NCBI GenBank assembly: GCA_039933535.1
Contig: JBDTNU010000001.1
Span: 1 to 43,388 of the forward strand
Source of the DNA: Caldimonas sp.
GTDB lineage: Bacteria > Pseudomonadota > Gammaproteobacteria > Burkholderiales > Burkholderiaceae_C
Reading direction: 5' to 3'
DNA: 43,388 bases
Made by a program: the position numbers and the translations under genes. Of the stretch, positions 8,603-17,097 are shown in pieces. Under the pieces are notes generated by a model. It was not told the DNA's origin, ran no database searches, and worked only from the letters and a program-made list of their open reading frames with translations. Position 1 is the first letter of the stretch. The number at the start of each line of letters is the position of its first letter.

Positions 8603-11600
8603 TCACAAGGATCCAGGGCAACGAAACTGCTGGATCTCGCGCAGGCGGAAGGGATTGAACACGCTGTTAGACGTGACCTCGAGTCGCGCGCGTCGACCCT
8701 CCAGAAGCATCGGCACGACGAAGCGCTCGGGCTGTGCGGTCGGCTGCACTTCGAAACGATCGAAGATGCGGAACAGTGCCCAAGGTCCATCGGCAGTGAG
8801 TGCCGCGGTGCCCGGCGTGGTGGTGATCTTTATCTGCGACGCGACGCGCGCGCTCGGCCACTGCAAGGTCACCGGCGTCGTGTTGCCGGCGAGGAACTTG
8901 TAGACGGTGCCGTCGACCTCGAGGTTCATCTCCTTCATGCCATCTTCCATCTCGACGGCGCGGATGTCGACCTTGAACGATGGCGTCTTGCCGCCGCTGC
9001 GGAAGAAGACCTCCTTGATGCGCGCGGCGCGCTGGAAGTCGACCAGCGCCGCTGCGTTGACCGGCTTCGAGCCGTCGCCCACGGGCTTGAAGGTCCACGG
9101 ATTTGTGCCGGTGTCGACCAGGGCGGCGAGCTTGCGACTGTAGAAGTCGTCGAGCATGCCGCCGGCGCCGAACAGCTGCGCGAAGTCTTCGGGCAGGACG
9201 TCGCCCTTCGAGCTCGCGGTGAAGGGATAGCGTCCGGTGATGGCGCGATTGCAGAAGTCGCTTATCGGCTTCAGCTCGCTCGTCAGCCCTTCGCGCTCGA
9301 CCGCGCGCCCGGTCGTCGCTGCCGCACCGGCAAGCTTTTCGAGGATCGACCGCGCCGGCTCAGGCAACTGCCCGGCCGCCGCCTTGATTCGCTCGCCGCC
9401 TGCGGCGGGCGGTGGCGCCGACTTGCTCTTCTGCGCCGCATCGACCGCGGCGAGCTGCACGTAGACGTCGTTGAACATCTTGAGGATCTCGTCGATCGGC
9501 GGCGGCTGGCCAGCAACGAGGCGGCGGATCGGCTCGAAGTGGTCGTCGACCATCTGCTCTATCGGCGGCCCGGTCTGGACCGCGTCCGCGCCAGGCACTT
9601 TCACCTTGCCGAGCACTGCCGCCATTTCGCGCTTGGCCTGTGCGGCCTTCTGGTCGATCTGGCCGACCTGTGTGCCGTTGGTCGTGCCGGGCGCCACCTT
9701 GGGTTCGACGAGCGTCGTTTCCCGAGCCACGCCGCGGAGGAACGCGGCGAGTGCCGAATCGACACCAGAGAGCTGGCGAGCGACCTGCAGGCTCTGGTCG
9801 AGCCCGCCCAGCTTGACGATGCGGACGTCGGCGATGTACTTGTCCCAGACCTTGATGTACTCCTCGAAGTACAAGCGGCGCACGCGGTTGGTGAGCTCGA
9901 TGTTCGCCTTGCCGAGGGGCAGCGACTTGTTCGCCTCGGTCGGACGCAGTCCGAGCACCCAACTCTCTTCCGATGCGAGCTGGCGCGTTGCCTTGTCGAC
10001 CGATGTCTCGAACGCCTTGCGATAGCCCTCGCGCGTGAACAGGCCAGGTATGCCCTTGGTCAGCGGCTCGCCGCTGGCACGCTCGAAGACCGTCAGCGCA
10101 GACGGCCCGGCAGCTCCTGCCACGGTGAACGGCGGCAGGTCGGCGCCGACCTGGGCGCGCTTGAGCCGGCTGAAAACCCGGTACTCGAGCGGAAACGCGA
10201 CCAGCATGTCGCGAACGCCGGCGACGAGGTTCTTGTCCATCGGCACCGCAGGCGGCGGTGCGCCGTGGGCAAGCATCGCGTCGAGGTGCTCGTCGAGCGC
10301 CTGACGCTGCTCGGGCGCGAGGCTGCGCTCCAGTGCGGCATCCCAGTCGATGCCGACGTAGGCCTTGAAGGCGTCGGCGTCGAACTTGTCCGGCGTGTAG
10401 ATCATCAGGTAGTTCTTGAGCGCCTCGTAGGCCAACTCGAGGTTGTCCTTGTTGGCGGCACGCAGCCGCTCTTCGAGCCTGCGAACGACGCGCGGCATCA
10501 GGGCGTGATCGAGCAGATGCTGGTAGCCGAAGTCAGCGGCGGCATCGAGCTTCTTGCCCTGGAACAGGCCCAGCGACATCGAAAGCGGAGGCTTGTCGAG
10601 TGAAAACTCGGCCGGCTGCGCGGCGTTGCGGACCGCAGTCAGCACGGGTGGCAACGGCGTCACGTCACCCGAGGTCGCGGGCGGGACGCTTTCCACCGTC
10701 TTCTTCAGATCCGGAAGCTTGGCCTCGATCTCGGCGATGTAGTTCTTGTTGCGTCCATAGCTCACGACCCAGCCGGCGATCAGGCCGATGCTGACCAGCA
10801 GCACGATCGCGAACCCCGCCAGGCGCAGCCGCCCGCGGCGCCGCTCCATCGCCCGGTTCTCGCCGACCAGGCCTTGCTCGGTGAAGACGACGTCCTTGAG
10901 CAACCGGTTCAGAAAGAAGCTCTTGCCGCGCGCTGCGGCCGGCGGCGCGAGCCGACGCTCGATGCCGAAGGTGCGTGCCAGCGTGCCGAGCACGCGGTCG
11001 ATCGGCGTGCCTTCCTGCGTGCCGCTGGTGAAGTAGACGCCACGCAGCAGCGGCCTTTCTTCCATCGTCCCGCCGGCGCTGAAGACCTGTTCGAGAAAGC
11101 CGCCGAGCAGGCCGCGCAACCCGGCGAACTGCTGCGGAAAGTTGAAGATAGCGGCACGCTTCAAGACCTCGTGCTCGGCGTCCATCAACGGCACGACCCG
11201 GTCGCGCAAACGCTTCTCGAGCCCGGAGAACTCGGAGCCGAAATTGACGAGTGGATCGTCGTTGCTGGTTGGCGCGTAGGGGAAGCTGAAGCCCCACACC
11301 TGGTTGCGCTCTTCCTTGCTGAGCGCGCCGAAGCTCTCGTTGAACCCGGCGATCAGGTCGGCCTTGGTGACGAGCACGTAGACCGGCGCACGAACGCCGA
11401 GCTTTTCGGCAAGTTCCTGCATGCGTGCGCGCAACTTGGCCGCGTGGTCCTTGCGCTCGACCGGTGTCTGCTGCAGCAGGTCCTGGATATTGACGGTGAG
11501 CAGGACGCCGTTGATCGGCCTGCGCGGCCGCGACTTGCGCAGCAACGCGAGGAAGCCGTCCCACGCGCTCGCATCGACTGCCGAGTTCGATTCCTGCGTG

Positions 11601-12151
11601 GTGTATCGGCCGGCCGTGTCGATCAGGACCGCTTCGTCGGTGAACCACCAGTCGCAGTTGCGGGTACCACCAACGCCGCGCACGCTGGCCCCGCCCATCT
11701 TCTCCGCAAGCGGAAAGGTGAGGCCGGCATTCATCAACGCCGTGGTCTTGCCCGAGCCGGGTGCGCCAATGAAGATGTACCAAGGCAATTGGTAGAGCAG
11801 CGCGCCCTTTCCCGACCCTTTGCCGGGCGCCTTCTTCAAGACGTCGAGCGCCTGCGTGAAGCGCTCGTTCAGCGTGGCGATCTCCTTGTCGGCACTGCTC
11901 GGACCTTTGGTCATGCCATCGACCAGTGCGGCATTGGTTCGCTTCTGCCTCCAGTAGCGCAGGACGACGCGCAGGAGCAGCAGAGCGAAGAGGACGGCGA
12001 TGACCGTGATCCGGATCCAGACCGGGTCGAGCGGCCTCGATTCGCCGATGGCGATGAGCGGCCCCACCCACCAGACGATCGCCGAGATCGCGAGAACGCC
12101 GACCAGAGCCAGCAGAAGCGGATGAAGCAGGAAGCTGACGAACTTTTTCAT
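8603..12151 (-). CDS. tssM: T6SS membrane complex subunit TssM (IcmF)
   Basis: N-terminal TM helices, LPWYIFIGAPGSGKTT Walker A, GTRNCDWWF, IDTAGRY, RGVYFTSGTQEGTPIDR, C-terminal NPF...FRCPGSL. Confidence 0.97.
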   Translation of the reverse strand: MKKFVSFLLHPLLLALVGVLAISAIVWWVGPLIAIGESRPLDPVWIRITVIAVLFALLLLRVVLRYWRQKRTNAALVDGMTKGPSSADKEIATLNERFTQALDVLKKAPGKGSGKGALLYQLPWYIFIGAPGSGKTTALMNAGLTFPLAEKMGGASVRGVGGTRNCDWWFTDEAVLIDTAGRYTTQESNSAVDASAWDGFLALLRKSRPRRPINGVLLTVNIQDLLQQTPVERKDHAAKLRARMQELAEKLGVRAPVYVLVTKADLIAGFNESFGALSKEERNQVWGFSFPYAPTSNDDPLVNFGSEFSGLEKRLRDRVVPLMDAEHEVLKRAAIFNFPQQFAGLRGLLGGFLEQVFSAGGTMEERPLLRGVYFTSGTQEGTPIDRVLGTLARTFGIERRLAPPAAARGKSFFLNRLLKDVVFTEQGLVGENRAMERRRGRLRLAGFAIVLLVSIGLIAGWVVSYGRNKNYIAEIEAKLPDLKKTVESVPPATSGDVTPLPPVLTAVRNAAQPAEFSLDKPPLSMSLGLFQGKKLDAAADFGYQHLLDHALMPRVVRRLEERLRAANKDNLELAYEALKNYLMIYTPDKFDADAFKAYVGIDWDAALERSLAPEQRQALDEHLDAMLAHGAPPPAVPMDKNLVAGVRDMLVAFPLEYRVFSRLKRAQVGADLPPFTVAGAAGPSALTVFERASGEPLTKGIPGLFTREGYRKAFETSVDKATRQLASEESWVLGLRPTEANKSLPLGKANIELTNRVRRLYFEEYIKVWDKYIADVRIVKLGGLDQSLQVARQLSGVDSALAAFLRGVARETTLVEPKVAPGTTNGTQVGQIDQKAAQAKREMAAVLGKVKVPGADAVQTGPPIEQMVDDHFEPIRRLVAGQPPPIDEILKMFNDVYVQLAAVDAAQKSKSAPPPAAGGERIKAAAGQLPEPARSILEKLAGAAATTGRAVEREGLTSELKPISDFCNRAITGRYPFTASSKGDVLPEDFAQLFGAGGMLDDFYSRKLAALVDTGTNPWTFKPVGDGSKPVNAAALVDFQRAARIKEVFFRSGGKTPSFKVDIRAVEMEDGMKEMNLEVDGTVYKFLAGNTTPVTLQWPSARVASQIKITTTPGTAALTADGPWALFRIFDRFEVQPTAQPERFVVPMLLEGRRARLEVTSNSVFNPFRLREIQQFRCPGSL

Positions 12152-13533
12152 GCGGCGCTCGCCGGGACGATCAAGGTGATTTCGACGCGGCGGTTGCGAG
12201 CCCGGCCCGCCGGCGTCGCGTTGGACTCGACCGGCTCGGCGTCAGCCTTGCCTTCGGCGCGCATCCGCTCGGCCTTGATGCCCGAGTCGATGAGCAAGGT
12301 CTTCACTGCGTTGGCACGATCTTGAGAGAGATGCCAATTCGACGGATAGCGAAGCGTACGGATCGGCTGGTTGTCGGTGTGGCCGGTGATCAGAACGGTG
12401 CCAGGGGTCGCCTTCAGTCCGTCGGCGATACGCGCGAGCAGCGGCTTGGTGCGACCAGCGATCTCGGAGCTGCCCGGCTCGAAAAAACCATCGCCCTTGA
12501 TGACGACGATGGAGCGGTCGGACAGGTCACGTACCTGCACCAGGCCCTGCTCGACTTCGCCCTTGAGGAAATTTGCCAGGCGCGGCGCGGCGGCCGGTGG
12601 CGGAGGTGGCGGCGGCGCGGTAAGCGGCGCGGCCTTGACGTCGAAGCCCTGCAGCGTCGCGAAGACGCTGTCGGATGCGCCGTTGAGGGAAAAACTGAAG
12701 CCGAGGTAGACGCCGAGAAGGATCACTCCGGCGAGCGAGGCCACGACCCACATCGGTAGTCCGTCGCGCAGCCGCGCCACCTTGGCCGGCACCCCTTGCC
12801 AGCGCGGCGAAAGCGTCTTGTCGCCGTCGGCCCGGTTGCCGCGAAGCATCTGCGAGAGGCGGGCGCGCAGGCTTTCGAGCTGCGTCTTGCCGTCGTTGAG
12901 CACGCGATAGCGGCCTTCGAAGCCGAATGCCAGCGCCACGTACATCAGTTCGAGCAGGTTGCGGTTGGCCTGCACGTTCTCGGCCAGCTTCGACATCAGC
13001 TGAAAGACTTTTTCGCCGCCCCAGGTTTCGTTGTGAAACAGGACCAGCAGGCTCTGGTTCGCCCAGACACCCGAGCCGCCCCAGGGCGTGCTCGCTGCCG
13101 ATTCGTCGAGCAGGGTGCAGAGAATGTATCGGGCAGCGATGACCTGTTCGTTCGGCAGTCCTTCGGCCCGCGCCTGCGCTTCGAATTTGCGGACGCCGTC
13201 GGCCAGCGCATCTTTGAGGCCGGCAGGGTTCGCATGCTGGACCATGGCCCGGATTCGCGGCGCCGAACTCAACAAAGGCGAGGCAGCCGAGACGAGCGGG
13301 TTGAGGCTGGCGCTCATCAGAGCGTCGAGTGCCAGCGGCGCTTCCTTGCCGCCGCCCGAGTCTGCACGCGCCGAGTTCCCTTGCGTTCCGCCGCCCTGCG
13401 GAGCGCGGCCCGAGCCTCCCGGCGCGACACCGCCGGTGCCGGGTTGTCCGCCGCGACCCACGCCCGGCTTGATCACCGTGCGGTCGGATTCGAAGGCGGC
13501 GAAGGGATCGTTCTCTCGTCCTGTGTCGCTCAT
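12148..13533 (-). CDS. tssL: T6SS TssL (DotU) with C-terminal OmpA/MotB peptidoglycan-binding domain
   Basis: ARYILCTLLDE, SLLVLFHNETWGGEKVF, LAFGFEGRY; one TM; GHTDNQP, NWHLSQDRA, NRRVEI. Confidence 0.96.
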   Translation of the reverse strand: MSDTGRENDPFAAFESDRTVIKPGVGRGGQPGTGGVAPGGSGRAPQGGGTQGNSARADSGGGKEAPLALDALMSASLNPLVSAASPLLSSAPRIRAMVQHANPAGLKDALADGVRKFEAQARAEGLPNEQVIAARYILCTLLDESAASTPWGGSGVWANQSLLVLFHNETWGGEKVFQLMSKLAENVQANRNLLELMYVALAFGFEGRYRVLNDGKTQLESLRARLSQMLRGNRADGDKTLSPRWQGVPAKVARLRDGLPMWVVASLAGVILLGVYLGFSFSLNGASDSVFATLQGFDVKAAPLTAPPPPPPPAAAPRLANFLKGEVEQGLVQVRDLSDRSIVVIKGDGFFEPGSSEIAGRTKPLLARIADGLKATPGTVLITGHTDNQPIRTLRYPSNWHLSQDRANAVKTLLIDSGIKAERMRAEGKADAEPVESNATPAGRARNRRVEITLIVPASAA

Positions 13534-13595
13534 GTCGTTTCCTGCAAATCTTTCGCCGAGGTCGAGCGAGGACGAGCGCTACGGACGCGTCGGCA

Positions 13596-14933
13596 CTAGG
13601 CGCGGATGGCCCAGAACTCGAGCTCGAGGCCCGGGAATTCGCCGGCGATGTGCATCGCCAGACCGCCCGACGCCTCGAGCTGTTTCCACAGTTCGTTGTT
13701 GCGCGTGTCGAGCTCGAAGTACGTGAAGCCGGCGTGGTACGGGATCTGGCGTGGCGCCACCGGCAGCGGGCGCATCGTCACGCCGGGAAGCTGCAGGTTG
13801 ACGAGGTCGCGGATCCGTTCGACCGGGCCGATCTTGACCTGGGTCGGAAAGCGCGCGCGCAAGGCCTCGCCGGGGAGCTGTGCCGCAACGGCGAGCACGA
13901 AGCTCGCGTTGCGCTGCAATTCCTTGTCGCCGATGATGGCGACGCGAATGCCGTACTTGCGGTCTTGGAGTTCGATCGGGATCGCGGTCTGCTCCATGAC
14001 CATCGAGAGCGACTGGCGCAAGTCGTCGATCACGGCGCGAAAGCAGCGCTGGAGATCGTCGTGCAGATACTCCGGAAACGGCGGTGGCCGGCGCTTCTCG
14101 CGAAAGGTCGCCAGGTCGCCGGCAAGGCTGAGGCAAGCCGCGTACAAGATTTCAGGATGCAGCACCGAGCGCTGCTGCAACTGCATGAAGAGCGGCTGCG
14201 AGCGGTTGACGGCCTCGAGCAACAGGAAGTCGGCAATCTCGGCCACGCCGCCACGACCGGGTTGCGAAAGACGCGCCGCCAGCGCTTCACCGCGCTGATG
14301 CAGAAGCCCGCACAACTCGCGCACATAGCCGTCGAGGATCGGATGGCCTTGCGAATGCAGCATCGGCGGGATGTATTGGGTATCGAGCACGAGCTTGTTG
14401 TCGGCGCGACGCTCGACCACGCGCGCGATGCCGACGGCCACATAGCCTTCGCCCGCGTCGCGCTCGAGCATCAGCCGCAGATTCAGGCGGCCGATCTGGA
14501 TCGCGGTGTCGCGATCGACGTTGGTGTTGCTGTCGCCGACTTCGACTTCAGCGACGCGATAGCGCGGCCCCATCGCGCCGGCCGCCTGCTCGGCGTCGGA
14601 CTCGACGATGCCGGGACGCTGCAGCACAAGAGCAAGAACGACACGCTCGTTGCGCGCATCCATCGGGATGTCGATGGCCGCTGGCGCCGCGTCGTTGCCG
14701 GGGATCGAGAACGCAGTGCCGTCGGGCAAGACGCCTTGCGCCGAATTGACGCTCAGCTTGCCGAGGGCAAGCGCCGCGTCGTCGATCGACACCGCCGTGA
14801 AGCCCCAAGCATGACCGACGGTCGCGGCAAGACGCTGCCGCAGTTGGTATTCCGTGTAGCGGTCGTGCTGCTGGAAGTGCTGGGGCTGCAGGAACATCCC
14901 CTCTGTCCAGACCACCTTGTTGTGCCAGGTCAT
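13596..14933 (-). CDS. tssK: T6SS baseplate subunit TssK
   Basis: KVVWTEGMFLQPQHFQQ, QVKIGPVE, LPVAPRQIPYHAG, FPGLELEFWAIR. Confidence 0.97.
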   Translation of the reverse strand: MTWHNKVVWTEGMFLQPQHFQQHDRYTEYQLRQRLAATVGHAWGFTAVSIDDAALALGKLSVNSAQGVLPDGTAFSIPGNDAAPAAIDIPMDARNERVVLALVLQRPGIVESDAEQAAGAMGPRYRVAEVEVGDSNTNVDRDTAIQIGRLNLRLMLERDAGEGYVAVGIARVVERRADNKLVLDTQYIPPMLHSQGHPILDGYVRELCGLLHQRGEALAARLSQPGRGGVAEIADFLLLEAVNRSQPLFMQLQQRSVLHPEILYAACLSLAGDLATFREKRRPPPFPEYLHDDLQRCFRAVIDDLRQSLSMVMEQTAIPIELQDRKYGIRVAIIGDKELQRNASFVLAVAAQLPGEALRARFPTQVKIGPVERIRDLVNLQLPGVTMRPLPVAPRQIPYHAGFTYFELDTRNNELWKQLEASGGLAMHIAGEFPGLELEFWAIRA

Positions 14934-14975
14934 AGCGATTCGAGTGAACTAGTGCTTCCCATGCGACTGCCCATC

Positions 14976-14991
14976 GGCAAAGCCGGAGCCA
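14976..14991 (-). promoter_or_regulatory. Candidate sigma-54 (-24/-12) promoter upstream of tssK
   Basis: Minus strand reads TGGCTCCGGCTTTGCC: GG-N10-GC with TGGC and TTGC cores, ~45 bp upstream of the tssK ATG. Confidence 0.5.
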
Positions 14992-15156
14992 TTCTTTGTC
15001 GTGCAGAACCGACGAACCGCATTGCCGGTTGAGGCAACGCCAGAGAGCGGCCTCGCACTTTACTTGAATGCGCTCCGGCTCGAAACAGAATCTGTTCGGG
15101 TCGCGCACAAGGCCACGAACCGCATGACCGTCGGTCCGACCGCCCCCTTTTTGGGA

Positions 15157-15184
15157 GTGACGACCACCTGAAACTCGCTATGAT
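15157..15184 (+). promoter_or_regulatory. Candidate sigma-70 promoter for the OmpA-domain gene
   Basis: GTGACG-N16-TATGAT about 100 bp upstream of ATG 15284. Confidence 0.3.
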
Positions 15185-15283
15185 CGCCCCGCTGCTGCAA
15201 CCACGGACGAGCCCGTCGGTTGGAGTGGTCGACGCCGAATGGCCCACCGCCTCGCGTCCTTCCTGGTTCCACGAGGAGTGCAA

Positions 15284-15835
15284 ATGAAGCATGAGTTGAC
15301 CTTGGGCCGCCTTGGCCTCGCCGCCATCGTCGCCGTAGCGTTCGCTTCCGCCCCCGCCTTCGCGCAATCGTCCGTTGACGTCGGTACGTCGGTCCCCGAT
15401 GCGGCAGCTGTGAAGGACGGTCTGTTCCCTGAAGACGCCTGCAAGGAACTCGAAGCGAGCGGTTTCAAATGCATGGGCCTGAAGCCGGCGATCCGCTATT
15501 CGCTGCCCGCGTCGTCGTTCAAGGTCGGTTCCGCCGAGCTGCCCGAGTTGCTGAAGAAGCAGCTCGACGTATTTGCCGACGTGTTGCGCGACAAGAAAGG
15601 CAGTGGCCGCCATGTGCGTGTCGTCGGCCACGCGGACGCCTCGGGTACGCCGGAGGCGAACCAGCAGCTGTCAGTCAAGCGTGCCGAAGCGGTCAAGGAG
15701 TATCTGATCCAAAAGGGCGCCGACTCGAATATGTTGGTCGTCGTCGGGCAGGGTTCCAAGGACCCGGTGAACCCGGCCAATCCGCTGGCACCGGAAAACA
15801 GGCGAGTCGAGATCGGTCGTCAGACGCCGCAGTAG
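15284..15835 (+). CDS. Secreted OmpA-family peptidoglycan-binding protein (TagN-like T6SS accessory)
   Basis: GAGGAG RBS before ATG 15284; signal peptide ending AFA-Q; FKVGSAEL, VVGHADASG, NQQLSVKRA, NRRVEI; no beta-barrel and no lipobox. Confidence 0.85.
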   Translation: MKHELTLGRLGLAAIVAVAFASAPAFAQSSVDVGTSVPDAAAVKDGLFPEDACKELEASGFKCMGLKPAIRYSLPASSFKVGSAELPELLKKQLDVFADVLRDKKGSGRHVRVVGHADASGTPEANQQLSVKRAEAVKEYLIQKGADSNMLVVVGQGSKDPVNPANPLAPENRRVEIGRQTPQ

Positions 15836-15856
15836 CGCTGCACAACGATTCGAACC

Positions 15857-15888
15857 AACGGCCGGGTTGACCCCGGCCGTTTTGCTTT
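15857..15888 (+). terminator. Rho-independent terminator
   Basis: AACGGCCGGG-loop-CCCGGCCGTT 10-bp stem running into a T-rich tract (TTTTGCTTT); lies between the convergent OmpA and DUF4280 genes. Confidence 0.75.
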
Positions 15889-15904
15889 CAGCGCCCGCGC
15901 TCGC

Positions 15905-16294
15905 TCAGGGAATCTGTTCGGTCGTCTGGCCGGCGCTGTTGACCTTGATGACTCCACCCCACATGCACATCAGCGTCGACACGTCGTCGAGCGCCGGCAT
16001 GTTGGCGAGCAGCACCGTCGCCGCGCCCGGTGCCCAGGGTGCGGTGGTCGCGGGGATGCAGGGCATCGGCGTGAGGACGCCGAGCGCGGCAGCCGTCGCC
16101 GCGGCGACGACGGGGTTCGACGGGCTTTGACACATGCCGAACGGCATGATGTTGACCATCGGGATGTTGTCCATGATGTTGGCCGCGGGGACATACGAGG
16201 TCAGCACCTTGTTCTTCGGCAGGACGACGAGCGAACTCGGGGCCACACCAAAGCTGCATTGCAGCATCGCACCCATGCACACGTGATTGGGCAT
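15905..16294 (-). CDS. DUF4280 PAAR-like spike tip protein
   Basis: VCMGAMLQCSFG, NIMPFGMC.S..NP.V, PMPCIP...PW.PG, LMCMWGGVI are the DUF4280 hallmarks; ATG at 16294. Confidence 0.9.
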   Translation of the reverse strand: MPNHVCMGAMLQCSFGVAPSSLVVLPKNKVLTSYVPAANIMDNIPMVNIMPFGMCQSPSNPVVAAATAAALGVLTPMPCIPATTAPWAPGAATVLLANMPALDDVSTLMCMWGGVIKVNSAGQTTEQIP

Positions 16295-16304
16295 CTCGTC
16301 TCCT

Positions 16305-17054
16305 TCAGGGACCCGGCTCGCTGACCCAGACGGCGAGCGCGGTGAAGTTGTCGTGCCGCGGCTTGTGCGATGCGCCATGGAGTACGTTCTGCTCGAGTTC
16401 GTGCAGCCACGCGTGCGGGCTCACCGCCTGCGCCAGCGCAGTCTCCATCTGCGTGTCATCGACGTATTCCCACATGCCGTCGGTGCAAAGCAGGAAGACG
16501 TCGCCCGCCTCCACCGACCAAGGCGGCGCCGAAACGCCGACCTGCAAGTCCTCTTCGCCGACGCCCAGCGCGGAGAGCAGCTCGCTTCGCTGCGGATGCG
16601 AGCGCATGTCTTCGGCGGCGAGCATGCCGCCATCGACGAGCGACTGAACCAGACTGTGGTCACGAGTTCGGGCCGCGATCCTTCCGCCGCGAAAGACATA
16701 GATTCGCGAGTCGCCGCAGTGCCCCCAGCTGGCGACGTTGCCCTCGAGATCCATGAACAGCGCCACGACTGTGCTGTGCATGTTCTGCTGTGCGCGATCG
16801 TCGGAACGGTGCTGGATGATCGAGCGGTTGGTCGAAACGATCATCCGCTGGATCGCTTCGGCGCTTCCCTCGGGCGAAGCGGCGAAGGCGCCGAGGATGA
16901 ACTGGACCGCCAGTTTCGACGCCTTGTCGCCGCCGCCGTGGCCGCCGGCGCCGTCGGCAACGACGCAGCACAGATGGCTGTCCGAATGCCAGTGCCCGCA
17001 GGCGTCTTCGTTGTAGTTGCGGCCGCCGCGGCGCGACAAGGTCGCGAGTTCCAT
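16305..17054 (-). CDS. pppA: PP2C-family Ser/Thr phosphatase PppA-like
   Basis: RNYNEDA, VADGAGGHGGG, GHCGDSRIY, TRDHS, LLCTDG, DNFT; directly downstream of tagH; start may be GTG at 17060. Confidence 0.88.
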   Translation of the reverse strand: MELATLSRRGGRNYNEDACGHWHSDSHLCCVVADGAGGHGGGDKASKLAVQFILGAFAASPEGSAEAIQRMIVSTNRSIIQHRSDDRAQQNMHSTVVALFMDLEGNVASWGHCGDSRIYVFRGGRIAARTRDHSLVQSLVDGGMLAAEDMRSHPQRSELLSALGVGEEDLQVGVSAPPWSVEAGDVFLLCTDGMWEYVDDTQMETALAQAVSPHAWLHELEQNVLHGASHKPRHDNFTALAVWVSEPGP

Positions 17055-17097
17055 CTGCACGATCAACCCTTCCTTTTGCCGTCGCAACGCATCGTCA

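Noticed and set aside
14930-15631. 233-aa minus-strand ORF upstream of tssK as a possible tssJ
   Set aside because: No lipobox or TssJ motifs; half of it is antisense to the OmpA gene
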